Positions 43,821 to 53,763 of a stretch of DNA of 64,000 bases are shown piece by piece (position 1 is the first letter of the stretch; every line of letters begins with the position of its first letter). This DNA comes from Chloropicon primus (Eukaryota): positions 992,001 to 1,056,000 of the forward strand of contig CP060756.1 of NCBI GenBank assembly GCA_023205875.1. The letters are read 5' to 3'. The translations under genes and the position numbers were made by a program. The notes beneath the pieces are model-generated. The model saw only the letters and a list, made by a program, of their open reading frames with translations. It ran no database searches and was not told the origin of the DNA.

Positions 43821-44252
43821 TCAGAGCTCCGACGACCCTTCGTCACGCTTCACCTTCTTCGACCCCCGGGTCTTGTCGTCCGAGCAGGCTCGTTTGTCAG
43901 CGAGCCACTCCTTCTTCCTGAGCTTCTTCTTCTTCTCCGCTTGCTCGAGCCCCCGCTTCACAGCGTCCTCCGTCGCCTCGTTTGCGTTCCCCCGGGTTGA
44001 TTCCCGATCCGCCACGCTCTCCTTCGAAGCCCTTGCGTGCTCATTCCCGTTTCCCCAGGTCCAGTTCGCTGGCTTCTTCTCCTCCTCCAACAGCATTACG
44101 CTCGGACCACCTTTAAATCCGTGCCTCTTCAAGGCAGCCACGCTGACCTTCTCCTTCTTCTTCTCAGCGGGTGGAGGTGTCTCGGGGCCGCCCTTCTCCT
44201 CCTCCTCGCTCGAGCTCCCGGACAAGTCCTCCAACCCATCGTTCATGTACAT
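43821..44252 (-). CDS. Small charged protein of unknown function (143 aa)
   Basis: ATG-initiated with coding-like codon usage; ALKRHGFKGGPSV...NWTWG resembles a conserved plant hypothetical protein. Confidence 0.65.
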   Translation of the reverse strand: MYMNDGLEDLSGSSSEEEEKGGPETPPPAEKKKEKVSVAALKRHGFKGGPSVMLLEEEKKPANWTWGNGNEHARASKESVADRESTRGNANEATEDAVKRGLEQAEKKKKLRKKEWLADKRACSDDKTRGSKKVKRDEGSSEL

Positions 44253-44301
44253 CGTCGTCGCGCTCACCCCGTCCTTGTCCTCTTCCTCTCGCGCGAGGGA
44301 G

Positions 44302-46563
44302 ATGGCGGGAAAAGGACGGGCGATGGAGGTGTTGGAGGGTTTGAAGGCGAAGGTGTCGGTGGATGCGACCGAGGGGGAGATCCAGCTGGCGAGGAAGGAG
44401 GTGCGGCAGCACGTGGAAGCCCTCGACCGAGACTTGCTGAGGCAGGCCGCGGCTGTCTGTGCGACGACCTCAGGGAGAGGGGGAGGCTCCACCGAGTGGG
44501 AGAAGGAAGTGGAGAGGCTCCTGCACTTGGATTTCGGCCACTTCGAGTCGAGCTCGAACCTCCGGGCCTTGCTGAAAGAGTACCGAGTGGTTTCGGGGGA
44601 CATCGCGCGCTCCGAGGAAAGGATCAAGTCGGTGAAGAAGGTGGAAGACTGGTGGTCGAACTTCGAGCGGTGCAAGGACTGCAAGAGGAATGCGGAGTAT
44701 GCCCAAGCGGTCGGCTTGCTGGGGGATCTCAAGCTCTCGGACGTGGACGACTTGGACGACGCGCAGGAAAGGGAGACCATGGACAAGGAGCAATCGTCGC
44801 TTTCCCTCGCGCTGTCTCTGGAAGTCAAGAACCACTTGCAGAAGTTGGTGCAGGCAGAGCACAGCAGCGAGGGGGGGACGGTGTCCGTTCGCACGTCTCC
44901 GGGCGAGGGGGGCAGGGCACCGAGCCCGGTGGACCTTTGGGCCTCCTGCGACGACCTCGGCATTCTGGCGGGAGAGCTCGGCAGCTTGACCGCGCTTCTC
45001 GAAAAGGAAGTCGTATCTCGGGTGCTGGGGGGAATGAAAGGCTTCAAGCTGGTCCACAGGGAGGAGAACGGGTGCCGCTGGACCGTGAAAGGGGATTCCG
45101 AGGACCCGGTGGGCCTGGAGCCGCTGCGAAGCTACGTCGATCTGGTCTCGTTCTTGTGGGGCTCCGCTTTCGGCAAGAATCAGAGCTGCAGGGAGGCTGC
45201 CCTCGCCGTCCTGTGGGCTCCGCTGGTGAAGGTCATGAAAGGGATCTGGGCCGAGGCCATCACAGGCGAGAGCTTCACCAGCAGCGATGGGTATTCAGGC
45301 CTGGTACAAGCGATTCTGGGGATGGAGGGCGAGCTCGAAACTCAGGGACTCCTGAAGGCCGAAGATGAGCTCTTATCAAGGCACTTGGAAGGCCACTTTG
45401 AGTCGCTTGGCGAGGCCATCAAGAGAGGCTTCTTGGCGAAAGCAAGGAATCTTGTGACGAACAAGTACGGGAAAGGCCTAGCGGACACCCTGCTAGTCGG
45501 CGCGTGGGACAAGAACGTAATCATTGCAGAGGCGCTCTTGAGTCAGCGCCACTCTTCTCATCAGAGTCTGGAGGCCGTTTCTGCCAAAAGCTTGCGGATC
45601 GATGAGCTGCCCGTCGTTGAATTTGGAACCCTCCTGATCTCCAGTGTGTCGGCCGAGCTTGTCTCTTTGCTTGAATCCATCATGGAGGAGGCATCGAGCT
45701 GCCGCAACGCCATGGTCACCCACAAGTTCATAGAGGCGATCGAGGACATTGCTCTCGTTTGGGTCCACCTTCCCGCTCTCCTGCACCGGCAGGAGCTGGA
45801 ATCGGTCGCCCAGTTTGTGATGATGTACTTCAACGACACCAACTACATCATGGGATCTATGGCGAGCCTCGTCTGCAAGTGGCACGACCTGATCAAGAAG
45901 TGCGGCAAGTTGAGTGACCTGACAAAACAGATCGACTGTTTGGGCAAGGTGGCCTTCTCTCACTCTTATGGCCAAGTCCGCGGGAGAGCGGCGGAGCTGC
46001 AGTCCCTCGTGTCCGGCAGCAAGCTGTTCAGGAACACGCACAAGGCAAACCAGGAGACGAAGGTCAGGGCGGCCATAGCAGAGGTCAGGCAGAAGGTGGA
46101 AAGGGTGGCCCACATCTGGAAGCCCATTCTGCCGCCAGCGTACTTCTCAAAGTTCCTTGGAGCGATTCTCGAGAACGTGTGCACGTCCATCTACGCAGAG
46201 ATCCTGTCGGCCAAGGACATCTCGATCAAGGAGACGGAGTCCCTGCCGGAGGTCCTGCTGGAGCTCGTCGGGGACGGCCTGAAGCCCTTCCTTGTGAGGG
46301 GGAGCCCGGGGCAACCGGAATCCTTGGAATCGGAAGAATTTTTCGGCAGACTCATTGGCGGGTTTGCCCCGAGCTGGGCGAAGCTTGTGGAGCTCGTGAA
46401 CCTCTTCGCCATGTCCTTGGATGAGATACACCGAGGGTGGGAGAGCAGGCGGCTGAGGGCGACCTTCACGGGCGACGAGATCTGCCACTTCATCTCGCTG
46501 GTGTTCGAGGACTCGGAGCTGAGGAGCGAGAAGATGGACTTGGTTTTGCGCGACGCCGCTTGA
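44302..46563 (+). CDS. ZW10: Centromere/kinetochore and NRZ tethering protein ZW10 homolog
   Basis: YFNDTNYI, IWKPILP...Y...LG, I.S.KDIS..ET and the C-terminal SL.EI...W.S..L...FT.DEI..FI..VFEDSELR. Confidence 0.82.
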   Translation: MAGKGRAMEVLEGLKAKVSVDATEGEIQLARKEVRQHVEALDRDLLRQAAAVCATTSGRGGGSTEWEKEVERLLHLDFGHFESSSNLRALLKEYRVVSGDIARSEERIKSVKKVEDWWSNFERCKDCKRNAEYAQAVGLLGDLKLSDVDDLDDAQERETMDKEQSSLSLALSLEVKNHLQKLVQAEHSSEGGTVSVRTSPGEGGRAPSPVDLWASCDDLGILAGELGSLTALLEKEVVSRVLGGMKGFKLVHREENGCRWTVKGDSEDPVGLEPLRSYVDLVSFLWGSAFGKNQSCREAALAVLWAPLVKVMKGIWAEAITGESFTSSDGYSGLVQAILGMEGELETQGLLKAEDELLSRHLEGHFESLGEAIKRGFLAKARNLVTNKYGKGLADTLLVGAWDKNVIIAEALLSQRHSSHQSLEAVSAKSLRIDELPVVEFGTLLISSVSAELVSLLESIMEEASSCRNAMVTHKFIEAIEDIALVWVHLPALLHRQELESVAQFVMMYFNDTNYIMGSMASLVCKWHDLIKKCGKLSDLTKQIDCLGKVAFSHSYGQVRGRAAELQSLVSGSKLFRNTHKANQETKVRAAIAEVRQKVERVAHIWKPILPPAYFSKFLGAILENVCTSIYAEILSAKDISIKETESLPEVLLELVGDGLKPFLVRGSPGQPESLESEEFFGRLIGGFAPSWAKLVELVNLFAMSLDEIHRGWESRRLRATFTGDEICHFISLVFEDSELRSEKMDLVLRDAA

Positions 46564-46627
46564 TGGGGGTCTCGTGCCCGAGAACAAAAGTCGGATCGTT
46601 ATTTTACAGGTAAAAGTATGACAAAAA

Positions 46628-47509
46628 TTACATATCCATGGAGAAGAATCTGTCGCCTTCGTCCGAGTCGTCTTGATCATCCGATTCTTCGTAGGCCTTT
46701 GACTTGGCTCTGCAGCTGCAATTTTTTTCCGCGATGGAACCGGCGAGGGTAGAGGAAAGAGGAGTCAGCAAACTGGCGATGACCAGAGTCTCCCGCCCGA
46801 ACGGCTTACCTGAAGTAGAGTATCCTCTTCAGCTTCTTGTTATAAAAAAAGTAGTTGAAGGACCAGATGTACCCGTCTTCTCCGAAAGGGTCCGACTCGT
46901 CCGGGTTGTAGCTGTAAATGTCACACTCGTACATGGAGATCACCTCGTCCACTGCGCTCCAGAGGTCGTCTGAGAAGGTCGAATCCTTCCCGTTCTCCAC
47001 GGCCCACGCCTTTGTCGTCTCCAGCAGCAGCGTGTCCACGTTCGCCTTCACCTTGTCCGGGCCCGTCTCCTTGGAGAAGTTGTGCGCCCTCAGCAGGCTG
47101 AAGTCGTAGTCGGGGTAGATGTGCTTTGGACGATCGGGGGACAGAGCAGATAGAAACCGAGGACGGGGTCAGTTCCGAGGACGGGGTCTCACGCTAATCC
47201 CTCTTTTCTCTCTCTCTCTCCTCGTCTCGGGAGGCTTACCTGCATGGTGAGAAGGAGGTATATGAGCGTCCTTCGACTCCCCGCCTCCGTCAGAGGTCCC
47301 ACCGGGGACGCCGAGAGCACAACGCCCTCCGGGGAGACGCTCAGGTCGTGCGCGACCTCCTGGTCGAGACTTCGCGACAGTTTCTTGTCGTTTCCCGCTA
47401 ACTTGCACGAGTACGCCTCGAGGATGCCCTCCACGGCGTAGTCCGAGCAGTCAACGTTCTGCATGAACGACTGCAGCTTCTGCAGACCGATCACGTCCAA
47501 GTACTTCAT
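46628..47509 (-). CDS. MAF1: Repressor of RNA polymerase III transcription MAF1 (3 exons)
   Basis: [59 protein letters not shown] and an acidic tail. Confidence 0.93.
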
Positions 47510-47843
47510 CTCGCTCTAGCTCCGCGAATAACTCTTCCCTCTCCCTCAGCTCTCGCCAATAATCCCTCCTTCTTCTCGGTGGATGTCTCCTCCGCCCCGT
47601 TCTCTCTCGTCGCCTTCTCTTTTCGTTTCGTTCGAACAAAAGCTTCGCGAAGCCGCCGTTGCGCAGAGTCCCTCTGGTCGAGTGACTCTCGGCTTCCTCG
47701 CTCGACCGACCTCCTTACGCGCGCGTCGTCCTCGTGAACTCCGCCATGATCGTCTACTCTTTGCCTCTTATCTCTCTGTCGTGGTTGAGAAAACTCAAAA
47801 ATTAGCTTTAACACTGATAAAGAACGTGTGTTGCACAGCTTCT

Positions 47844-48184
47844 GGAGCGGCCACGCCGCTCCCCACGCTAGACTACCGTGCCCCCGACCCCCGACGTGTT
47901 AGTGTGCAAATGGGGGAGGTGCTCGGCCTCGTGTCCCATGCCTTAAGAGGTACTCAGCTGAGTACCCGCTACCAAGACTACGCCGTACTCCAGATCGATT
48001 GAGCTCTGCTGGTGACGTAGTCCAGGGAGAGGACCTCTCCCTGGTCGGTGTGTGTTGATCATAGTAGCTATGATCAACACACGGGTTCAGGTTGACGTTT
48101 ACCTGAACTCCCCTTCACATTGGGACGAGGAGGAGGGGAAAGAACGACAGCGTCTTAATTGTGTGACCCTCGGCGTGGTCGTTC
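47844..48184 (+). other. Highly structured intergenic element with about 7 hairpins and a closing helix; candidate ncRNA or non-autonomous mobile element
   Basis: Perfect inverted repeats at 47844-47862, 47949-47966, 48022-48044 and 48050-48082; near-perfect ones at 47976-48022, 48083-48110 and 48142-48184; 47927-47938 pairs with 48121-48130. Confidence 0.7.
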
Positions 48185-48271
48185 ATTACATCCGGGCCTG
48201 CCCTTGAGGCTGAAGCTCCTGCAAAGCAAATCCTCTCTCTCACACATACACACACGCGCGCGCGCGCGCTG

Positions 48272-48700
48272 CTACTCGATCTTCTCCAGAAGACCCAGCC
48301 GGTCCAGGATCACCTTCTTGCTGCTCTCCTGGAGCTCTCCGCTCAGCACGAGCTCGTCCGTGATCGCGAAGACCTTGTGAAAGTTGTACACCAAGTCCAG
48401 CTCCCTCACGTTGCTGAAGTAGTGGTCGAGGATCTCCACGAACAAGTGGATGATCTCCAGGCACACGAGCTCGTTGTCCGAGGAGTCCACGCACAGGGAA
48501 AAGTAAAGGCCGGCGTACCTCCTGTAGATGATCTTGCGGTTCTGGTAGTCCACGAAGTTGGTGAACTTCTGGTCCCTCCCGGACACCATCCTGTGCACCT
48601 TGTGCTCGATCTTGTGCTTCTCCGCATCCGTGAACGGCACGTAGTACTTGGCTAACCTCGTCCGGCCCTGCCTGTTCTGCAGCAGAATGAAACGAATCAT
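48272..48700 (-). CDS. AP2S1: AP-2 clathrin adaptor complex sigma subunit
   Basis: 142 aa; [22 protein letters not shown]...FTNFV...[10 protein letters not shown]...[32 protein letters not shown]. Confidence 0.92.
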   Translation of the reverse strand: MIRFILLQNRQGRTRLAKYYVPFTDAEKHKIEHKVHRMVSGRDQKFTNFVDYQNRKIIYRRYAGLYFSLCVDSSDNELVCLEIIHLFVEILDHYFSNVRELDLVYNFHKVFAITDELVLSGELQESSKKVILDRLGLLEKIE

Positions 48701-49193
48701 CGCGAACAGCACCGAAACCTACCTACCCACACGCACCAACGAACGAGGAACGTTCCTCCGCGTGCCCCCAAAACTCCGCGACGACCGTTACTGTCTCGAG
48801 GCTCTCCTCCCGTCGGTCTCTCCTCCCTTCCTTCCTCTCAGGAAGTTCCCTCCGCGCGTGCTGTGCGCCCACTCTCTTCGCGCGACCGTTACGTCTCCCC
48901 TGCTTCCTCTAGGGCCCTTGAGGCTCTCAAAAAAAGCCCTTCTTTCGTCTCTCAAAAAATTGTTCGCCACCAACGAGGGGAGGCCAAGAGTTTTTGCTCG
49001 TCCTCGTGGCGTCGACGAGGACGAGCACGACGAGGACGAGCACGACGAGCACGACGATGATGGACTCAGACACTCAGACACACACGCCACCCGACGCGCG
49101 CACAAAAACCGAAGACCAAAGACGATCTGATCGCAACGGACGACGTAACGGACGACGACGACACCGAGACCTTCAACTACCGAGGAAGAGGAG

Positions 49194-50951
49194 ATGAGCG
49201 ATCTCAAGGCTGACCCTGCTCCCAAGGCGGCCCCCGAGCCGAAGAGGGCTCAGCCCAAGCCCAAGGCGAAGCCGCTCTCCCAGGCGGAGCTCGCGAGGCA
49301 GATGAAGGAGATGCAGGAGCTCGTGGCGAGGCAGAGGATGCTGGAGAAGCAGATCCACGAGATGGGCGGGGACGAGGGCGTGAACGCCCTCTCGGAGGTC
49401 CTGAGCTGCATCAGGGGGCTGTCCATCACGTTCAACGAGAACATGCGCAGCATGCCGGGCCCCGAGAGGGTCATCAAGGAGAAGTTCGACGCCCTGAAGG
49501 CGTCCGTGAACGAGGCGAGGAAGTCCATCGACAGGATCTTCGAGGTGGACAACGTCAAGAAGGTGATCCAGATGTCGGACGGGTACAGCCCCCACCTGAG
49601 CTCCCCCGAGAAGGCGATCAGAGCCCTCATCAGCCAGTCCTTCGACTGCATGAAGGAGCCCAGCAAGGACTGCATCAGGGAGGTGGGCGAGGTTCTCCTG
49701 GACGCCGTCTCCAACGTCGTGGACGCCATGTCCGCGGACTGGGCCGAGGACTACCCGGAGCTCAAGAAGTGCCTGGCGGAGGTGTCCTGCGACTGCATTG
49801 AGAGCTGGAAGGTGGCCGGCGAGACCCTGGTCAGCAACTTCATCGAGATCGAGCAGAACGCGCCCGATTACAACTTCTTCAGGGAGATCTCCAGGAGGAG
49901 GGTCGAGTGCCACACCGGGGACAAGTCCAACTGCGCGGTGCACCCCTTGGGCGCCGCCGCCGCTTCCAAGGACAACGAGTACCTCATGGGTTACCTCGAG
50001 AAGAGGACCCACAGGAGCCAGAAATGGCAGAAGAGGTGGTTCGTCCTGAGCGAGTGCCGCAAGGTCCTGTACTACTTTTACGGTCCGGAGAGCATCAAGC
50101 CCTGCGCCGCGATCCCCCTGGAGGACGTCGAGGTCGTGGAGCTGGTCAACACCCCTCGCACGACCCAGTTCGGCCCGGGTAGCGCCTGCAAGGTGTTCCG
50201 CCTCAAGAACTCCGATCCGGCAAAGTCCATCTTGCCGCACAAGAAGGACGGGCAGCCCCGCACCCTCACCATCCTGGCCCCCAACCCGGAGTCCAAGCAG
50301 GAGTGGGTGACCGCCATCAAGAAGTGCTGCGTCAAGTACTCGTCCATGGAGGAGGAGGACGCCAACATCGCGGACGACGCCGAGGACCTGCAGAGGCAGG
50401 ACGCCCTGAGGAAGGACGACGAGGAGGTCAAGAGACTGCAGGAGATGAAGATCGCGAAGACCGTCCACGACGACGAGGGCGACGACGGATCCTGCGAGGA
50501 GGGGGACTATGAGGACCACAAAGACGAGGTCAGGTCCATCGCCTCGGTGCATTCTTCCTTCCAGGACACGGACTCCCTGAGCGACGGGAGGACCCTCCAC
50601 CTGGTGCTCCCCTTCGTCCCAGGGATCACCTCCACCAAGAACCCGGAGGAGGCCTACATCAAGTCCCTCATCTCCTCCACCAAGACGTACGTCAACGACA
50701 TCTTCACCCAGCTGACCCACAAGATCCCAAAGGCGGTCAGCTTCAGCATCATCGACGAGTGCAAGAAGCGCATGGAGGCCAAGATATCGGAGAACCTCTG
50801 CGGGAAGACGGAGGCGGAGCTCCAGGGTCTCATCGGAAAGGATCCGGCCGTGGTCGAGCAAGTCATCGGCCTCAAGGCCGAGCTCGGGCACGTCAAGGAG
50901 CAGCTGGACGTCATCCTCCTGGCGTGCACCCCAGTCGCCGCCTCCACTTGA
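49194..50951 (+). CDS. Dynamin-related DRP2-like protein with middle/stalk, PH and GED domains but no GTPase domain
   Basis: VKKVIQMSDGYSPHLSSPEKAIRALI...KEPSKDCIREV (DRP2 middle); GYLEKR...WQKRWFVL...EWVTAI (PH); YVNDIFTQLTHKIPKAV (GED). Confidence 0.8.
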   Translation: MSDLKADPAPKAAPEPKRAQPKPKAKPLSQAELARQMKEMQELVARQRMLEKQIHEMGGDEGVNALSEVLSCIRGLSITFNENMRSMPGPERVIKEKFDALKASVNEARKSIDRIFEVDNVKKVIQMSDGYSPHLSSPEKAIRALISQSFDCMKEPSKDCIREVGEVLLDAVSNVVDAMSADWAEDYPELKKCLAEVSCDCIESWKVAGETLVSNFIEIEQNAPDYNFFREISRRRVECHTGDKSNCAVHPLGAAAASKDNEYLMGYLEKRTHRSQKWQKRWFVLSECRKVLYYFYGPESIKPCAAIPLEDVEVVELVNTPRTTQFGPGSACKVFRLKNSDPAKSILPHKKDGQPRTLTILAPNPESKQEWVTAIKKCCVKYSSMEEEDANIADDAEDLQRQDALRKDDEEVKRLQEMKIAKTVHDDEGDDGSCEEGDYEDHKDEVRSIASVHSSFQDTDSLSDGRTLHLVLPFVPGITSTKNPEEAYIKSLISSTKTYVNDIFTQLTHKIPKAVSFSIIDECKKRMEAKISENLCGKTEAELQGLIGKDPAVVEQVIGLKAELGHVKEQLDVILLACTPVAAST

Positions 50952-51107
50952 GAGCAGGACAGCCAGAGACCCACTCAAGGAGGAGGAGGAGAAGCGAGCG
51001 AGCGAGCGATCGATCGATCGGAAAGACAACTATATCAGATAACGAAACCCTTGTCGTGTTTTATTTATTGCAACGAGATCTACTCGTGTTTGTCTGCCCG
51101 CGCGCCG

Positions 51108-51704
51108 TCAGCCGGCCACGCAGGCCCGCTTGCTCGCCCGACCCTCCCAGTCCCTCGCGGGACCCTTGTCGGGGAGGTCGGCGTGCAGCAGGAACTTCAG
51201 GTTCTCCAGCTCCTCCAGCTGGGCCGACTTCCTCTTCAGGTCGGAGTTCAGGCCCTGGTTCTCGATCTCCAGGATGTGGCTCTTGTATTTGGCGTCGTGC
51301 AGGCTCTCGAGCATCTCCTTGATCTCCTCCTTGAGGGAGGCGTTCTGGGACATGGACAGGGCGTTCCTCTGCCGCTGCCGCTTGTTCTGGAACCAGATCT
51401 TGCTCTGCCGCTCCGAGAGGGCGAGTTCCTTGCTCAGGGCGCAGTGCTGGGCGCGGGTCGGCTTCGTCGTTATCTTGTACGCCTCCGAAAGGACGGCGAC
51501 TTGGTACCTCGTGTACCTGTTCGGAGCCTCGTTGTGGAGGTCCACGGTCATCAGGCTGTCGTTCTGCCCGCCCGTCGAGGTGAGCTCGGGGACGCAGGGC
51601 AGCCCCAGCGCCTTCGTCGCCACGGCAAGGGGAGAAGCCATCCTCGCAGCGGAGTACGCTTCCGGAGTCGGCAGCAGCGAGTGCGAGGAGGGCGTCGGGG
51701 TCAT
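51108..51704 (-). CDS. Homeodomain protein with an adjacent leucine-zipper-like coil (HD-Zip-like)
   Basis: RYTRYQVAVL...LSKELALSERQSKIWFQNKRQR, followed by NASLKEE...LEIENQGL heptads; start uncertain. Confidence 0.82.
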   Translation of the reverse strand: MTPTPSSHSLLPTPEAYSAARMASPLAVATKALGLPCVPELTSTGGQNDSLMTVDLHNEAPNRYTRYQVAVLSEAYKITTKPTRAQHCALSKELALSERQSKIWFQNKRQRQRNALSMSQNASLKEEIKEMLESLHDAKYKSHILEIENQGLNSDLKRKSAQLEELENLKFLLHADLPDKGPARDWEGRASKRACVAG

Positions 51705-52326
51705 GTGTTCCGTGTGGCCGTGCGTTACTGAGTCTCTCTGCACGAGCTCAGCAAAGTAACGCGCGCGCGGAGAGGATAGAGAGAGTGCGTGTGTGCGTGT
51801 GATCGAGCTCTTCGTCGACTGCTCGAAGGCAAGGCGGTGGCGGCGATCGTCAGCGAACGTTTACTGGGTTAGGGTCTGCCTCAGGAGGGTCGCGCGCCTC
51901 AGTCGTCTGTTTTGAGTTTGTGTGCCCCTCAATCAAACCAACCATGATTGGCTCGATTGTGCAAATTCTACCTGACTCATTGTTCTCCTTGAGACGTTAC
52001 CCCATAAGGCCCCACAAGTGTAAACCGCCTTACATCCCATCCCAGACGAGGCGTCGCCAAGGCAGGAGGCTTCCGGGGACTTGACGAGGACGAGGACGAG
52101 GAAGAAGGGTTTAGCCTCGACCTCGTGTGCTCGAGGAGAGCCTCTCTATCCAGCTCTAGCTCTCTCTTGCGTCTCTCTCTCTCTCTTTTGCCCTCGTCGA
52201 GGACAGGCAGAGCAACAGCAACAACAACTCGAATCGAGTCGAGTCGAGTCGAGCACACCAATCAGTTCGGTTCGGTTCGGTTCGGTTCACAGTTCAATTC
52301 GTTGCGCGGTCTCGATTGATCGATCG

Positions 52327-53727
52327 ATGGCAATGGCGATGACTCCGTCGCAGTCCTCCTCCTCGGAGCTCGTGTGCTGCCTCTGCGAGGAGGAGGAGGC
52401 GGTGGTGGTGTACTCGGGAGAGACGGGGGCGGCGACCCCGCAGGTCTTCAGGGACTGCAACGCGGCCGCCCGGGGTGGCGGCTTTCTTTGCCTCCACGAC
52501 AGGTACTTCGTGGCGCCGCACCGCGCCAAGCCCGCCCTGATCGTGCACGAGTGGGGCAGGGAGACGCCGGCTCACACGTGCTACGTGGCCGAGAGGGTGG
52601 CGTGCCTGAGCGCGGACGCGAGCGGCACGTACGTGGTGGGCGGCTCGCCCTCCGGGGCGGTGTACCTGTGGCTGGTGGAGACGGGGGAGTTCCTGTGCTC
52701 CTGGAAGGCCCACTACCGGGCGGTGACCCACGTGACGTTCCTGGAGGGGGAGCTCGTCCTCCTGTCCGCGGGGGAGGACGCCCTGATCCACGCCTGGAAC
52801 CTGGTGGACGTCCTCTGCCAGTCGAGCGGCGGGGACGCCAAGCCCGTGGCCACCTGGTCGGAGCACAGCCTGCCGGTGACCTCCTTGTCCTGCGGTAAGA
52901 CCGGGGGCCCGGGGGCCCTGTTCCTTTCCTCGTCCCTCGACCACTCCTGCCGGGTGTGGCAGCTGGGCGCGAAGCTGTCCCTGCTGACGGTGAGCTGCCC
53001 CAGCCCCGTGCTGTGCTGTTGCCTGGACGCCCTGGAGCAATACGCCTACGCCGGCGGCAAGGACGGCAACATCTTCGAAAAGTGCCTGACGGAGGTCTCC
53101 CGGTCTGGCGGTGGTGGGGCCGCCTCCTCCTCGCAGGTGTCGGGGGGTCTGGGCGAGAGCGTGACGAAGACCTTCAAGGGGCACACAAAGGCGGTGACGT
53201 CCGTGAGGTGCGCGGGAAACGGGAAGACTCTGATATCGAGCAGCGAGGACGGCCTGGTTTACTTTTGGAACCGGGCCAGCGGGGAGAGGGTGAGGAGCAT
53301 CTCCAGGGAGACGCCCATAACCTTCGCCTCCGTGCTCGTGCTGAACGACCAGGGTGGAGGGCCCCTCTCGAGCCTCTCGGAGAGGAGGGCGCAGAGGGCC
53401 GCAAGGCCCAGCCTGCAGCCCTTCAAGAAGTACAAGTCCGTCTCGGGCGAGGAGGAGCAGCTCGTCGCGGTGACCGCGCTGCCGGACAGGTCGGTGGAGG
53501 GGATGCTCGAATCCATCGGAGGATCGCAACCAGCCTCCGGTGCGAGCGAGTCCGCCGTGCCGCGAGAGGCGAGCAGAGGGAGCGAGGAGGAGGCATCGAG
53601 GCTGAACCACAAGCTCAGGGAGGAGCTGGAAATGGCGAGGGAGGAGCTGCAGAAGAAGGAAGATCGGCTTCACGCGGTCGAGGGGCAGCTTCTTGACCTC
53701 CTTCAGGCGAAGAACACCTTGATGTGA
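52327..53727 (+). CDS. WD40 protein WDR18/IPI3/RID3 (rixosome subunit)
   Basis: GG..SG.VYLW...TG.....WKAHYRAVT, SAGEDALIHAW, WSEHSLPVT and a C-terminal coiled coil. Confidence 0.88.
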   Translation: MAMAMTPSQSSSSELVCCLCEEEEAVVVYSGETGAATPQVFRDCNAAARGGGFLCLHDRYFVAPHRAKPALIVHEWGRETPAHTCYVAERVACLSADASGTYVVGGSPSGAVYLWLVETGEFLCSWKAHYRAVTHVTFLEGELVLLSAGEDALIHAWNLVDVLCQSSGGDAKPVATWSEHSLPVTSLSCGKTGGPGALFLSSSLDHSCRVWQLGAKLSLLTVSCPSPVLCCCLDALEQYAYAGGKDGNIFEKCLTEVSRSGGGGAASSSQVSGGLGESVTKTFKGHTKAVTSVRCAGNGKTLISSSEDGLVYFWNRASGERVRSISRETPITFASVLVLNDQGGGPLSSLSERRAQRAARPSLQPFKKYKSVSGEEEQLVAVTALPDRSVEGMLESIGGSQPASGASESAVPREASRGSEEEASRLNHKLREELEMAREELQKKEDRLHAVEGQLLDLLQAKNTLM

Positions 53728-53763
53728 AACTACTTGTAATCTACAAATACTCAAAACAAAGAG

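Noticed and set aside
47583..48002. 139-aa + strand ORF overlapping the hairpin element
   Set aside because: Its composition is low-complexity and UTR-like, it has no motifs, and it overlaps the MAF1 upstream region
47970..48030. Group I intron P7-like gacta/tagtcc motifs in the hairpin cluster
   Set aside because: There is no interrupted host gene, no convincing P/Q elements, and the G-binding-site geometry does not fit; the pairing reads as a simple stem
47827..48119. Solo LTR (TGTG...CACA ends) or canonical Helitron 3' end (hairpin + CTAG)
   Set aside because: No target-site duplication flanks the TG..CA ends; the CTAG is followed by A rather than T, and the rest of the structure lies downstream of it. 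Not supportable as a specific call
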